Source: Lama guanicoe
Taxonomy: Eukaryota
Assembly (NCBI GenBank): GCA_013239625.1
Contig: MU053758.1
Span: 1,550,001 to 1,614,000 of the forward strand
DNA: 64,000 nucleotides
Direction of reading: 5' to 3'
A program made the position numbers and the translations under genes. This document shows positions 10,356 through 23,360 of the stretch, piece after piece; within the stretch, counting starts at the first letter, position 1; each line of letters starts with the position of its first letter. The notes under the pieces were generated by a model. That model worked only from the letters and a program-made list of their open reading frames with translations. It was not told the DNA's origin and did not search any database.

Positions 10356-13300
10356 GTCCCTCTCCTGTCTCGTGTGACTCCTCACACCATCACTGCCCTC
10401 TTAGGGTCCACCCCCTGGCAATTAGGGAATCCCTGTGATGTCAGCCAAGCAGAGCGTCCAGAACTGGTCTTGTCAGAGTAAGAGATGTTGGAAAACTCCT
10501 GAGGCTGATGGCCATCAAAGCTCGAAGCTGCTCTTCTTCCCCAGGAAATGCGGGAGAATTCCAGAGAGCTTTCTGGGGTGGAGTGTCTGGCTTTTTTGCT
10601 CTATTTAGGGAGAGTTCCTATTTTACCATAGTGTCTGTCATTCCTAGTATTTACCTAGGCTGGCAGCTTTTCTCATAAGTTTAACCTGTGTCCCTCCTGC
10701 CTTTCTAGCCCATTTCCTCTCCAGCTGTCCTCTTTGGAGAGGAAAGGACCAGAAATGTTTTTCTGATTGACAACTGTGTATACTTCAAACCATGCAAATC
10801 TCTCTTCATTTTCCAACCCAAACCCTCTCCAAGTTCCCCACTGAGAGGGCCAGTGTATCCCCTTGGCACATTTTAGAGAATTTTCTATAGTTTCTTTGCA
10901 TCCTCAGAGAGGGAAGCATGTTGGGTGAGATGAAGCCCTATTTCTCAGCAGCTGTATTTTCATAGGACTGATTTCAAGTGCCCCAGGAGGGAGTCTTGGA
11001 ATCCCCCTTACACCATCCAGTTCATTCACAAGTCACAGGTCCATGTTAGGATGAATCAGTGTCTTACCAAGTCTGATAGCTGTTCTATGAAGGTATGAAC
11101 TCTATTAAAGTTTTCTTCCCTTTTGAAAGAAAAAGTGCTCCAAGCTATGATGTGTGAACGTTACAAAGGAAAATGCTTAACTTGGAATCAGCAATTCAAA
11201 TGGCCACCATTTGGGCACACTTGTCAGTCATAAGGAATCTTTGCCTAGTTATAGTCTCCTCTGGCTTGGGTTACAAATGCCATAGAAGAAAAGGCATTCT
11301 TTGGGAAATAGCTGAGTCCAAAATAAATAAAACAACCCCCTCCCACCCTCTTTGCCTCCAAGCCTGGAGCCATCTCCTTCATCTCTTGTGTTTCCTGTCC
11401 ACTTTCAGCTACCACTTTCATTCCATCTCACCTCTCAGTGGTGTCTCGTGCATGTACCTAACTTACTTGAATTCAATCATAAGCACGTAACATATAGTAA
11501 TAGTGCAGGAGATTCCCTCCTCCATTCACTCGTGTTCCCCTGATTAAGGATGAGATGGGAAAAGTGAATCTTCTATCCTAGTTCCCTCCAGCCTCTTAGA
11601 GTGAGAGCATTTTGTCCGTAAGGATTCTAGCACCTGTTTGCACCATGTGGATTCTGAAGACCAGCCGTTTTCCTCTGGTGCTCAGCCAAAGGCACATAAG
11701 TTGAATCCAGCTTGGAAGAAGTGCTAGCTGGGTTGTTGACCTCTAATGCAACCCCTTCCCAAGAGATTCTCAAGAGGAATTCTGACGGTGGTTTTATCCT
11801 AAATCTGGGTCGCTATTTAAGCTATGACATGCCTTCTCCTCAGTAGCCACGTCTTAGTATAGGCGTCCCCCCTTTTACCTGGACGAATTCCCAGCGGGTC
11901 ATCCTGCTTCCTGTTTTCCCTCTCCAGTCCTTCCAATTGTCCTTTCAAAATAAAGATGTGCTCAAGTCACTTTCTTAGTTTAAAATCATCTATCACCTTT
12001 AACTTTGAAAAGAAAATCTTAACTTGATGTTCAAGGCGGTTTCTCCTTCCCCTGCCACACAGGTTGCCCTCTGGTCACAATGCATGATTCAAAGTCCCCA
12101 GATCATGGCATCCCTTCTGCCATTCCACCTTCCTTCGTGCTGTCCCCTCTGCCTGGAGGACACATACTTCTCACCCCCTTCACCTGCAGAACTACTCATC
12201 CTTCAAGATTTTCCTCCAGGATCACCTCTGGAATTTTCACCAGCCACTCTTGGCCAAATGCTCCTTCTTCTGTTAAAATGTTTGGTCATTGCCTGCCAGT
12301 TACTTGACTATAACCACTGGTCTGTGTGGGACAGAACCTGTGTCCTTTTGAGCTCTCTCCCTGCCCTCAGGACTGGCAAAGTTGAGTAGATGTGCCATCT
12401 TGGTGGTGGCTGAGGAAATGTGAGATCAGGCCCCTTCTCAGGAGTGCTGCTTATTTTTCTAGTCAGGCAGCCTTGAACCTGGCTTTTGCCCAAGACAACT
12501 TGATCGTTTGGAAGTATGGTTTGTTTGTTTGTTTGTTTTGTCACTAAGTGTCAGTCTTCAGAATTTTCTTGAGGTGTTGAACTTCTGATGGTTGGAGTAA
12601 CAGCATGAACTATGTGACATAGCTGTAACTCAAGATATTCCGAAGTAGGGGACATGGACCATTTCCTCCTGGTGCCAATGGCATCAGAGAGAATGACAGA
12701 AAGAATAACAGAGCTGTTGCTGCCCTTTGGATGGAAGATGCTGCCAATGTAGGGTCAGCAGCTGTGTCCAGTGACCAGAGGTGACACTGAACTACTGACT
12801 CCCCCTGCATTTCTCACTTAACAGAAGCCCTGCATTTTAAGAGCTCAGCTAAGGGGCCCTTCTTCACATCCTGGGCTTATCATCTCATTCCTGTCTCTCC
12901 CTGTTCCCCTTTCTGAGGAAGTTCACTTTGATTCTGGGCCTTTATTCTGCAGACCGGAGGGTGATGGGATGGGTGGGAGAATAGGAGAGGCTAGCTAAGT
13001 TTATCCTGGGGGAGAAAAATAAGTGTGGGAAGGTAACAGCTGAGCCTGGGGGGAGTTTGGAAGGTTAGGAATGGGATGGGAGTCTGGCAGCAGTTGTCTT
13101 ATGTGAGAGATGGGTAAAGTTAAAGAAGATACCAGGTTGTTTCACTGTCCACTGGGTATCATCTTCTGGTTCCCCTTCCCTGCAGCTGCCACCTTCTCCA
13201 ATACCCTGATATTGTGAAGAACACAGCAATAAAGACAGACATCCTTTTCTTCTGGATATGGGGCTATTTCTTTGAATGGGACACCATATGCAGCAGTGAC

Positions 13301-15639
13301 TGCAAGCCTAGCTTCAGTCATGTGAAACTCTTGTTGGAAGCGGGTTCTGTGTCTTATTCATCTTCTGCTCTGTCCCCCACCCGCACCCTAGTGCTGTGCC
13401 GGCACACCAAGACATGGCCCCATGCATGTTTGCTAAAAACCATGCAGAAGGTCAATGACAGCCAAGCCAGAAGTGGAAGTGGCCGTGGAGGAAGGTCCTC
13501 TGGGCTGGAATCACCTTTGAGCCTGAATGGGGGGCAACCATACTGGAATAAGAATTCACATGGGGAGCAGTACCGGCGAGGGGAGAACCCAGAATGCCTT
13601 GTGGAGGCTGAAGGAGAGGCCGCAGTGTAAGATGCAGTGGTTCTCAGCCAGAGCCAGAGTTTTGTGAGCCTGAATCACTTGGGTAAACTTTTTAAACCTC
13701 ACACTCACCCCAAGACTAAGATATCCTCCTAAAATCTTGAGGGCTTTGGTAGGGGAGAGGGGGTGGTAAAGATGGTGGACAAAACTGAGATGCATCTGAT
13801 GGGTCCTTGCCCTCCTCCTCAGGCCTACACCCACTTAATACCACTCCCAAGCAAGGACCCTGGGTTTGAGTAAAATCTGTTTATGCTTTCTGTCTCCTTG
13901 AAAAGAGGGAGAGGATTTTTTTTTTTTAATTTACTTCATGTAGGAATAGATGAGATAATGCATGGAAAATGCCTGGGACCTCTTCAGCACTCAATAAACA
14001 GCCATGGGCACTAATTATTATCATCATTATTAGTGGCATTTTGAGGATGACTGAGAGCTTTTTGTCTTCCCAAAGGCAGAATGAAAAGACTACAGGGGCC
14101 CTGTCACTGGAGGCTCAGAGAGGGCTGGGCTGGAGGGAGGAGGGATGTGGGAGGAAGGAGGGGGGTTGGGGGAGGGCAGGGCACTGGGGCGGGTGATGGG
14201 GTGGGTGATGGAGCAGGTGGAGCTGAGTGAGTTGCTGGGCTTTTCCTGCCACCTAGTGGCTCCTCTGGGCTAGGCCACCCAGCTGTCCCCTTGGGTCTGG
14301 GTGGCAGCGGGGCGAGGCTGGGCTTAAATATTCCTGAACACAGTATCTCTAGTCCTCTTCGGCTGCCCCCAATTAATGCCCTGCGCCCTTGGGGACCCTG
14401 ACCCGGGATACATCCTCCGCACGGCCTTCGTGTGTGGGACAAGCCCCCTTTCTCCAGGTGGAATTTAGGGAAGCCTTTGTTCTCTTGGCTCTCAGGCAGA
14501 GTGGGGGAGCTGAGGCAGACACCCTTGGGGGGCCATTCTAAGGCACCATCCCCACCTCCACTGGCTTGATGGCTGCTAATGGTACACTTGCCCCAGGGGG
14601 ATGCTGGGGCCCCCTGGCACTGGGGGCCCAGACCTGTCTCAGTGACTGCCTTGGGTTTTTATTTAATTCTATAAATATGTACTACTTTGTGCAGGTCCTG
14701 GGTGACGGTTCCCTCGAGCCTTCCAATCCCACCTTCTCCAGAGGATTTTGCCTTTGGTTCCCAAGATGAAAGGAAGGGGGCACAGAGGCCTGCTGGTGAA
14801 GGACCCAGTGGGGCATCCGAGTCACCTTGGTGTCTGGATCTCTCATCATCTCCCTCCCTCTGTGAGGCAGTGCCCTCCCCTCTGAGGAGGCTGCCTGGAA
14901 TGATGTCCCAGTTGCATCATGTTTGCCTTCTATTTCGAAGGCAGCTGTGACTATTTGGGGAGGGGTCTGATTCTGGGTGAGGGGCTTCAGGAGGTGGCCA
15001 GGAGCCACAGGAAGGAGTCACATGTTGGGCTGGGAATCCAAGGTCCAGTATCCACAGGCCCCTCGCATCTGCCCTGCTGCCCCTGCCTTCCCCACCCCCA
15101 ACACCCACTTTTCCTTCCCAGGGCCTTGCAGCCTCAGCTGCACCAGGCCAGGATTGCATCATTCTTGGCTTTGTTCACAGAGCAGCAGGTGGAGGAGTGG
15201 GGCCCGCTGCCCACCACCCCCCTTCCCTCTCATCTCCTTCTACTCCCTCCTGTAATCCTCCTCCTTCCTCTCTTCTCAGGCTCTCAGCAGGCACCCAGGG
15301 AGTTGTCTGCCTTACCCAGTGGCTCTCAGCTCCCTTTCCACCTTCTCCTGCTCCCCAGGGAGCCCCAGAGGCTACAGAGGCAAAGGGAAGGAGGCTGGGG
15401 GGTGGAGCAGGGATCAGCACTAGGCTGAAAACTGCTCTTCATTTCTGCTCCTGGTACAGCTGAAGGCAGGTACCACCCTGGAAAGGAGCACCTGGTTGGA
15501 GCCAGGGTATTACCTCCCAGAATTTGGAAACAAGGTCAGAAATTGTCACCTATTGAACTAAAGCTAATAATAATTGACAGAAGATGAATTCATTCAATTC
15601 TGTGTTGAAAGTACTTAACTTTTATTGATCATTTATAGA

Positions 15640-15835
15640 CCTGTCAGTGAACCAAACATTTTATACTCACATTTCAATTAATTTTTCATCACCTCTGTGA
15701 CATGGTCCTATTATCATTCCTGGTTTACTGATGCAGATGCTGGAGCTCAGAGAGGTGAGAATACCTGCCCAGGTCCACAGAGCTGAATGGCAGCTCTGGG
15801 ATTTAAATCTTGGTCTGTCTCCCTCCAGCGTGACT
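15640..15835 (-). mobile_element. MIR SINE remnant
   Basis: tattatcattcctggtttactgatgcagatgctggagctcagagaggtgag...cccaggtccacag resembles the antisense MIR core. Confidence 0.6.
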
Positions 15836-18089
15836 CCAAGCATCTCAATGAGATGGAAAATATAATGCTGACCAGACTTCAACATTTTTTTAACCCCCAA
15901 AAGGAGACTTTTGCCCAAGACACTGTTCAGGAGGTAAGACTGTCCTCTTTTAATCTTATGAAGAAGGTAAAATAAGACACCTGCTGAATGACCTGAGCTG
16001 GGCCCTGCCCCCATCCCCACTGCTGCCCCTCTGAGGTACTGCTTTTGCTGAAGGTTCTGACCCATGTCAGGTGTAGAAACTGGAGGCAGAGTAGGAGCTG
16101 GTCATAGAGGCAGCGTGTCAGGGAAGAGGGACCTCCCCCCCGACAGGTTGCAGAGATGGTGGGCAGGACCATTCCTTCCATTCACTGGGATTTTCTGTTT
16201 GTGAAGCTTCCTGTAGTGTGCAGGGTGTGTTGATAAAATTGCTTTGGGGTCTAGAAATCTAGCAACCATAACTTGGGCTAGTAGGAGTCAACTCCTCAGG
16301 GCCAGATCAACATCTCTGGGGACAGACAGTTCTCAACCTTGCAAAGCCCAAGCCTAGACCTTAGGCCTGGCCAAGCAGCAGTGGTTTCAGAGGCCAGCAT
16401 GGGTGCCACTACCCCTGGGCCACTTCCTCCTCCTTGTTTTCACTTCCCAGTGGCTGTTTCAGCCCTGAAAGGGAACCAGGGGGAAACCAACCAGGAAGAA
16501 TGGAGCCCAAGGCCCAGCTCCCCCACAGCCTGGGAGAGGGCAGGTCAGGCTCTGGGGGACATTTTTGCTTGCTAACACTCTTCTCTGTCTCCTGTCTATT
16601 TAGCCCAGGACAGACTCCGTCTGAAGGGACAAAGAGCTCCATTGACCCCACAGCCTTGTGACCCCACCCAAGTCTGTCCCTCCCCTCCCTGGGCAGCCAG
16701 CAGGGCACTCACTCGGGTAGCAGACAGAGGCCATGAGGCCGCTGAGAGGGCATGGCAGGGAAGTCAAGAGAGGCGGCAGCCAGCTGGGCGGGGAAGACTG
16801 GGAGCATTTGGGTAGTGCCCTCCAGATCCCTGAGAGGAGTGGTGGCCAAGGATGAGGGGCTGCCGGGACTCCTGGTGGCAGTCTCAGGAGCAAAGCAGCA
16901 AGTACCCTGAGGGACCAAAGCATGGGATGGCTGGGGGAGTCCAACCTCAGCCCCAAATTGGGCTGCCCGGGAGCTCAGGGCCTCCCCAGCCTGCATTCCT
17001 GCCTTTCTCCCTCTAGCATGCCCCCTACACCCAGCCTATAAAGCCCCCTTTGTCTGGGCCCCACTGAGGATCTTAACTCTTCCCATGTCAGCTTCCAGCC
17101 CCCTGCCCCCTTACCCTCTGGTGCCTGACAAAGAGGCCAGCGTGCAGTGAGAAGTGTGAAATCCCTTCATGCCGCCTGGGCAATGGCCCCAGGGGGTTTG
17201 GACAGCCAGCCCTGCTTACCGATGTCCCTACCCCACTGCCTGCCTCAGGACAGGTTAATTCCCACCTCTGTCCACTCCAGGACTCTACACGCCTGCCCTG
17301 GGCAGCATGCCTGCCTCTCACTTGCCTGCTCATGTGATAGTCCCCTCAGTTTGGCCCTGCCCTGACAGGGGCAGAACAGACAGGCGCCACCCACAGTGGA
17401 GGAGGGGTTGTCAGTAGAGGAGGCAGTCTTTTTGTCACCTCCTTGATCATCACCAGAGTTGGCTCTACCGCCCACAAGTCAGGTTCTCAGCTGGTATCTG
17501 GAGCTTCAGGTGACCCTTTTCTGGCAATGGACAAACAGTTCAGCCCCTCCTCCTGCTTGGCACATGCCTGGGGCATAGCACACTGTGGGCGACAGGAATC
17601 TCCATTCCTGCTCCCCACACCCACTGAAGGGCCTCAGAACACATTTGAAGAGAGGCTGGATCCTGGCAACAAAGAGTGGCCCCTTCCCACTAGCTCAGGG
17701 TGCCCTTGGGGTCACAGGGCTCAGACCCCTACTCAGAAGGGTGGAGTCTTCCTGTGGTCAAGGCTCTATCGGCACATTTGTCCCGCTTTCAGGCAATCGC
17801 AGTGGTCTGGGCCATGGAGTCGGCTCTGTCACCAAGCTGCTGTGTGACCGTGGGCAAGTCCCTTTGTGGCCTCTGTAAAAAAAGCAGGGGGGGGGGGGGT
17901 GGGGGTTGGGAGGCAGGGTGGTGCTTCAGGTCAGATAACCTCAGAAATCGGGAGAGGGGCTGCCCTTGCAGGGGATCTTCTCTAGACTAACAGTGCTCCC
18001 AGGACAGGCAGAACAGGGGGTGCTGGCAATGTATGGATGTGTGAGGAATGTGTGAGTGTGAGGTTCGATGTGTGTGTGTGGTTGAGTGT

Positions 18090-18345
18090 GTGTGAGCGCG
18101 GTGTCTCTAACCGCGGGTGGAGTGGGGAGGGGAGTAAGAAAAAAAGGGGCGGGGCGGGGCGGGGCGGGGGTCCGGGCGGCTGACACCAGGCGCTCCTCGC
18201 CCGCGGCGGTGCCCGGGTGCTAACACCGACCCGGCCCGGCGCATGGAGAGGCCGCCGCCCCCGGCGCCCCCCGGGGCTGGCGAGGCGAGGACCGCATAGC
18301 GGGCGGCAGCATGGAGCAGGTCAGCCGGCGGGGGCTGGGGAGGAG
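18090..18345 (+). promoter_or_regulatory. ARHGAP23: CpG-rich promoter with tandem GC boxes; candidate distal ARHGAP23 first exon
   Basis: Dense CpG and (GGGGC)4 at 18146-18165. gcagcATGGAGCAG|GTCAGC gives a strong Kozak ATG at 18311 and a phase-0 donor at 18320. Confidence 0.65.
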
Positions 18346-18405
18346 TCTGGGAGGGAAGGGCGGGGGAGGGGAAGGGGTAGGGCTGCTGTGACACAGAGCT
18401 GGTGT

Positions 18406-18407
<2 letters not shown>

Positions 18408-18443
<36 letters not shown>
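18408..18443 (+). repeat. (AC)18 microsatellite
   Basis: Perfect AC run immediately downstream of the CpG island. Confidence 0.95.
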
Positions 18444-18448
<5 letters not shown>

Positions 18449-19614
18449 TGAGCACTCCCCCACGACTAATATAGAGGGAGGCGCTCACCGAGTGCTCACA
18501 CGCTCCCTCTCTCCCCACCCCAGCTCCAGAAGGGGAGCGTTTAGAAACCCCCCTCCCCACTCGATGTTTCAGCCCCTTCCAGGATCCTAGCAAGCTCTGC
18601 ATTATGAAGGAGTGACAGGAGGTGGGGGTGGCTCTCTGAGGCCATGTAACTACCGCTGACCCTCCAGACACCCCCCTGGTGGGACCTCGGGATACAGCCG
18701 CCCCTCCCCCCCATATCAAGGGGCTTCTCCCCGCCAGGCTCCCCCTCCTTTCCCAGTTACAGCAGCTGCAGCAGCTGCTGCCACCATTTCATGGCAGTGA
18801 AAAGATGGGGTGGGCTGGGCAGCTTCTCCACATGCTCCCCAAATACAGACCTGCAGCCCCAGCCAGGCCCGAGGGGCTGTCTTTCTTTCACCCAGGCTCC
18901 ATGAGAGGGAGTAGGAGTGATGGCCCCCTCTGGTCAAAGCTCCTCACTCCCTCCACAGAGCTTAGCAAATTCTGGACAAGAGGAACCAGTCCCCCTAAGT
19001 GAGTGGGGGGGCCCTCTATCCTGACTTGCAGCCCCCTGCTTTACAAGGGGCAACAACCTCATGTGGGCTGGAGAGAGGGGGGCTGCTTTGCTCCCTCCCT
19101 AATGCCCACTTGGTGAGAGTCTTGAGGGGTTTTCTGTCCCTGGGTGTGCCTTTAAGTGCTGAGCTTGTCTGCACTCCCAGGCTCTGCCTAAAACAGCAGC
19201 CTGGGGCCCTGGGCTCTGAGACCCCTCGGTTCCGAGAACACCCCCCACCCCCACCCCTGGCTCTGTGGCAGACAGGTTCTTATGTTGCTAGTGATGGTTG
19301 GTGAGGAGAAGCCTGGGGAGGGGTGGAGTTGGGGGATGGGTGATCCTGAGTTCTGAGGGTTGGAGAGGAGCTCTGAGGAAGCATGAAGTGCTCTGGGCAT
19401 CTTCCCTGGGCTGGGCATGTTGTTTGGGGAGGGCTGTGGGCTGGTCTAGTCTCCAGGCCTGTTGGGCATCTTGGCTGTTAATTTAAATGGCCAGTGGCAG
19501 TTCCCTGGAGCACCAGCGCTGGCAGGGGGAAGGGGATTCCATTCATCCTTCTCTACTGTTGTTGTCATTGCTGGCTCTACCCTTAACTCCACTCTGAGCA
19601 CAAAAAGGGGAGGT

Positions 19615-19702
19615 TCGGGGGACAGTACTAAATGCCACTGAATTACTCACATTAAAATAATTAAATTTATATTATGTGAATTTCACCTCCATTAAAAAAA
19701 AA
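19615..19702 (+). mobile_element. Short L1 3' terminal fragment
   Basis: gtactaaatgccactgaatt...aaatttatattatgtgaatttcacctcca followed by an A-run, typical of old L1M 3' ends. Confidence 0.6.
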
Positions 19703-21019
19703 GGGAGGGACAGGGCTTGGGGACACCACTACTTTCTGCCTAGAGGGCCCTAAACACATCTCACTGGGCCTGCAGCTCTGGCTGAGTTGCTCCTCCATCA
19801 GATTTGGGTACTTCTTCTGGAGGTCAGGTGTTTCCCCTTTCCCAGGGGCACAGCCTGGCTCCCCTGTGCCCTGGCATCCTGCAAGGGAGGACAGACCTCG
19901 GAGGAGAGTCAGGACATTAGGCTCCTGCCCTGGCCACATCAAAGGGACGCTGGGAGGTCTTAGACATCTGTCTTCTCTCCAGGCTGCTGTGAAACCCCAG
20001 TCAGCTGTGCTGAGTGGTGGCTTTCCAGGTCCTTTCTAGATGTCCTAAGACACCTCTGCTGAGAAGCACAGCAGCCAGCCTGTCCCCTGGACTGTGAGGC
20101 AGTGAGACAACCCCCCTCACCCCACAAGGGGACTCTGATGATCAGCACAACCACAGAGTTGCCTGGGCTGATGTCAGCGCCTTAAGGCATCCACACCCCT
20201 GCCCGCCCTGTGGGTGTTGCCAGCCTTCTGGATATGCTGGATGCATGGTGTGTATGGGGTGCTTCTGAAATCAGAGCTTCTTTCACCACAATGGGGGAAG
20301 CTCCTATTTTAAGTTTCCCATGTGCCGAGCCCTCTTGTAAAAGCAAAGAATCCTTTTATAGTGCAAAGACCGCCCTGTTGTGTCTGTTTGGTATGTGTGG
20401 ATTTCGGCATGTAGGGTTTCCTTAAAGGGGAGCATGCCTGGAATCCCTCGCAGGGGCTGGAATGGCGGGGCGGGGTGGGTGCCAGGACTGAGGGGCTTGC
20501 CCCACTGTGGTCAGTGCCCTGCCCCTCTTTCTCTCCATTTCACTCCCCTCACTCCCTCCCAGGGCTGGCTCCGGGCCAGACAGGAGAGGGGAGCAGCTGC
20601 CGGGGATTTCCAGAGCTTCCATGGGGGAGATGGGAGCCACCCCTCCCTTCCTCTTTTCACCCCTCCTCTCTGATCCCCTCCTGCCTCCTTCTCTTCCCCT
20701 CTTCTATGTTCCCCTCCTCTCTCCTCGTCTTCTTTATCCTCCTCTCCCCACCCCCACTCTCCTGGAAGGGCAGGGAGGCCTGGAGAGCAGAACAACCCCT
20801 CCTCTGTGCAGGGATGTGTGGGAAGTTGGTGGGGAGGCGGGCAGGTGGCACTAGACAGGGTCTGTGGGACTGTTGCAGAGCAGGGCTGCAGGTCAGGTGC
20901 TGGCAGAATTTAAAAGCCCTTACATAGAACCATAGAATTTAGCATCTTGGAGCTAGAAAGGACTACCTGACTTAGCTCCTCCCAGAGGGATCATGCTTCA
21001 TAGAAGAGTAAGGGCTTAG

Positions 21020-21175
21020 TGTCAGTCTTCAGCAAGTTACCTAACCTCTCTGAGCCTGTTTCCTCATTTATATAGGGAGGCTAATAATACCTAACTTGAG
21101 TAAATGTCGTCATGAGTAAATGAAATAATGCTTGTAAAGGGCTTGGCACGTAGGAGGTGCTCAACACATTTTAAT
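21020..21175 (+). mobile_element. MIR SINE remnant
   Basis: gcaagttacctaacctctctgagcctgtttcctcatt...aataatacct...aaatgaaataatgcttgtaaagggcttggcac. Confidence 0.65.
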
Positions 21176-23149
21176 TCATTTCCTCTCCATCTTGGTGTTT
21201 TCAAGCCCCTGCTAGGTGATGTCACAATCCTTAGAAGTCACTTGTTAGCCTTGCACACATGCTAACACACAGTCTGTGCCACTGAGTTTTCAGTTGCTGG
21301 GGTGTCACACAGTGGAGAGCCTTGGGGGCTGAGACCCTGGCCCAGAGCCTCTTCCTCTTCCCAAACTGTGACATAGGTTTCCCACACATGGTCCCCTGAG
21401 GGGCTGCCAGTTGAGAGCGGCAGTGGTGGGGCATCTCTCGTCCACCCCCTGTTTTGACACCAGGGTTTTGCTGGGTGTGGCTTGCTTGCCCTGCTGCCAG
21501 CCCAGAGAAGCTGCAGCTTCTCGCTCCAATCCCAAGGTTGCCGGGCTGGGGCCCTAGCTGTTTGGCAGGTGGCTGATGCCCCTCAGCCCCAGCCTGGCCA
21601 GGGGTCTGTAGCCTCCCTCTTCAAGGAGTGTTCAGGTGGGATTCCTCAGGGACGTGGCAGCAGGGCTGAGGGTGGGGACAGGCATGGTCTTGAGTGGACC
21701 ATTGCCCCACCCTTCATCGGTAAAGAAGCTTGACGAGGTCCCCTCAATGGGGTGCTTGGGGCTTTGCCAGAGCTGGGCCCCAGCCCCTCCTCAGCTCTCT
21801 GCCTCCTGCCTGTCGAAGGCCTTCAAAATCTAGGCCAAACACTACCCACCAAGGCCCCTGCCTTCTCCCCTCGTTGTGGAAGTCTCCCTCCTGGCTTGCT
21901 TAGTGCTCTGCTTGTGGCCTCACCGCAGCCATCCCAGCCAGCCTTTGCTGTGCTTCTTGCCCTCCCTGGGCTCCTTGAGGACAAGCACACCGCTTGGTTC
22001 ACTCCCGACTCCCCCACATAGCAGTTTGGGAGTAGCCAGCACTCAATAAACATCTTTTGACTTGACTGAACTGGGCCCCCCACCAGCTTTGGAGATGAAA
22101 ACTTAGTTGGGCAGGGGTTGCTTTGAGGGTACAAGCAGAGGATCTGGGGATGGAAAGCCAGAGGCCGAGAACGGGTCAGGTCTCTCTCCTCCACCCTTCT
22201 CTCCAGTCCTCCCCTCCTGCCCTTCTCCACCAGGTGGTGCTCTTTTCCCTTCCGTGGAAGGATGGGAAGCTGTGGCCAGCTTTATAGCCACTTACATGGC
22301 CACCAGCCTTATAACCCACCTTCCATCCATTGCTTTGAATCCATTGTCAAATGTGAGCCCGCAGTTGAAGGCAGGCATAGATGATTGTTTTCATCTTACA
22401 GAGGGTGAATCTGAGGTTCAGGGAATGTACTTTTCCTCAAAGACATTTGCTCCCAGGTAGGCAGGATGGGAACTTGAACCCAGGTCCTTGGACTTTTGGT
22501 TCAGTGCTCCTTGGTGACATCATACAACTCCTTACCAGCTCCTGGGCTAAGCCTGATCCTGACCCTGGACTGCTCTGGTCTGGGAACTCCTTGACCTCCC
22601 TCCATTCCTCCCCTCCAGCCCTACCTCTGGGGATGATGTGTTCTTCCTCTGGCACTCGAATCTGGGTTCTTTTCCCTCTACTCCACTCATCACCCCCTCA
22701 GGCTCTCTCTCCCTTGGCTTCCACTCCCCAACCAAAAAGTCTGCTTAAGTATCCCCCACCCCAATGGAACCGTGCCCTCGCCCTGACTCACCTGTGCTGC
22801 TGGCCGTCCCTTCCTGCTAAGTCTCTCCGTGACTCAATTCTATTTCTTCACCCTTGATGCTCTTCCTCACTGCAGTCTGGTCTCTGCCACACCCATCCTC
22901 TGCCCAATTCAGGGTCACGTCCTCCGGCTCTCAGTCTCCCCAATCCTCCGTGCTGCCTCTTCCTTCCTCACCTGCCCCGAAAGGTGGGTGCTCCTCGGGT
23001 CTCGGCTCACATCTGGTCTCCTCTCTGCACGGTCCCTGGAGAGCCTGAACTACACTGCTGATCCACCGATGACTTCAAAGTCCTGTCTCTAGCTCAGGCC
23101 TCTCTTCAGGGAGATGGACCCTGGGTTTAAGTTGCCAATCACTACTCCT

Positions 23150-23360
23150 CCAGCAACACAGCATGGGGGCTAAATGTGTGGACTCTGAGCCCAAATGCCT
23201 GGGTTCACTTTCTACACGGACTTGAGTGAAATACTGAAGCTCTCTGGGCCTCAGTTTCCTTATCCATAAAAAGAGGATTATAGTATTTATTTCAAAACCC
23301 CTTTGTAAGGCTAAATTGGAATAAAATATGAAAAGATTACTTAGACCAGTGTCTGACATG
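23150..23360 (+). mobile_element. MIR SINE remnant
   Basis: ggactctgagcccaaatgcctgggttc...ctctctgggcctcagtttccttatccataaaa. Confidence 0.65.
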
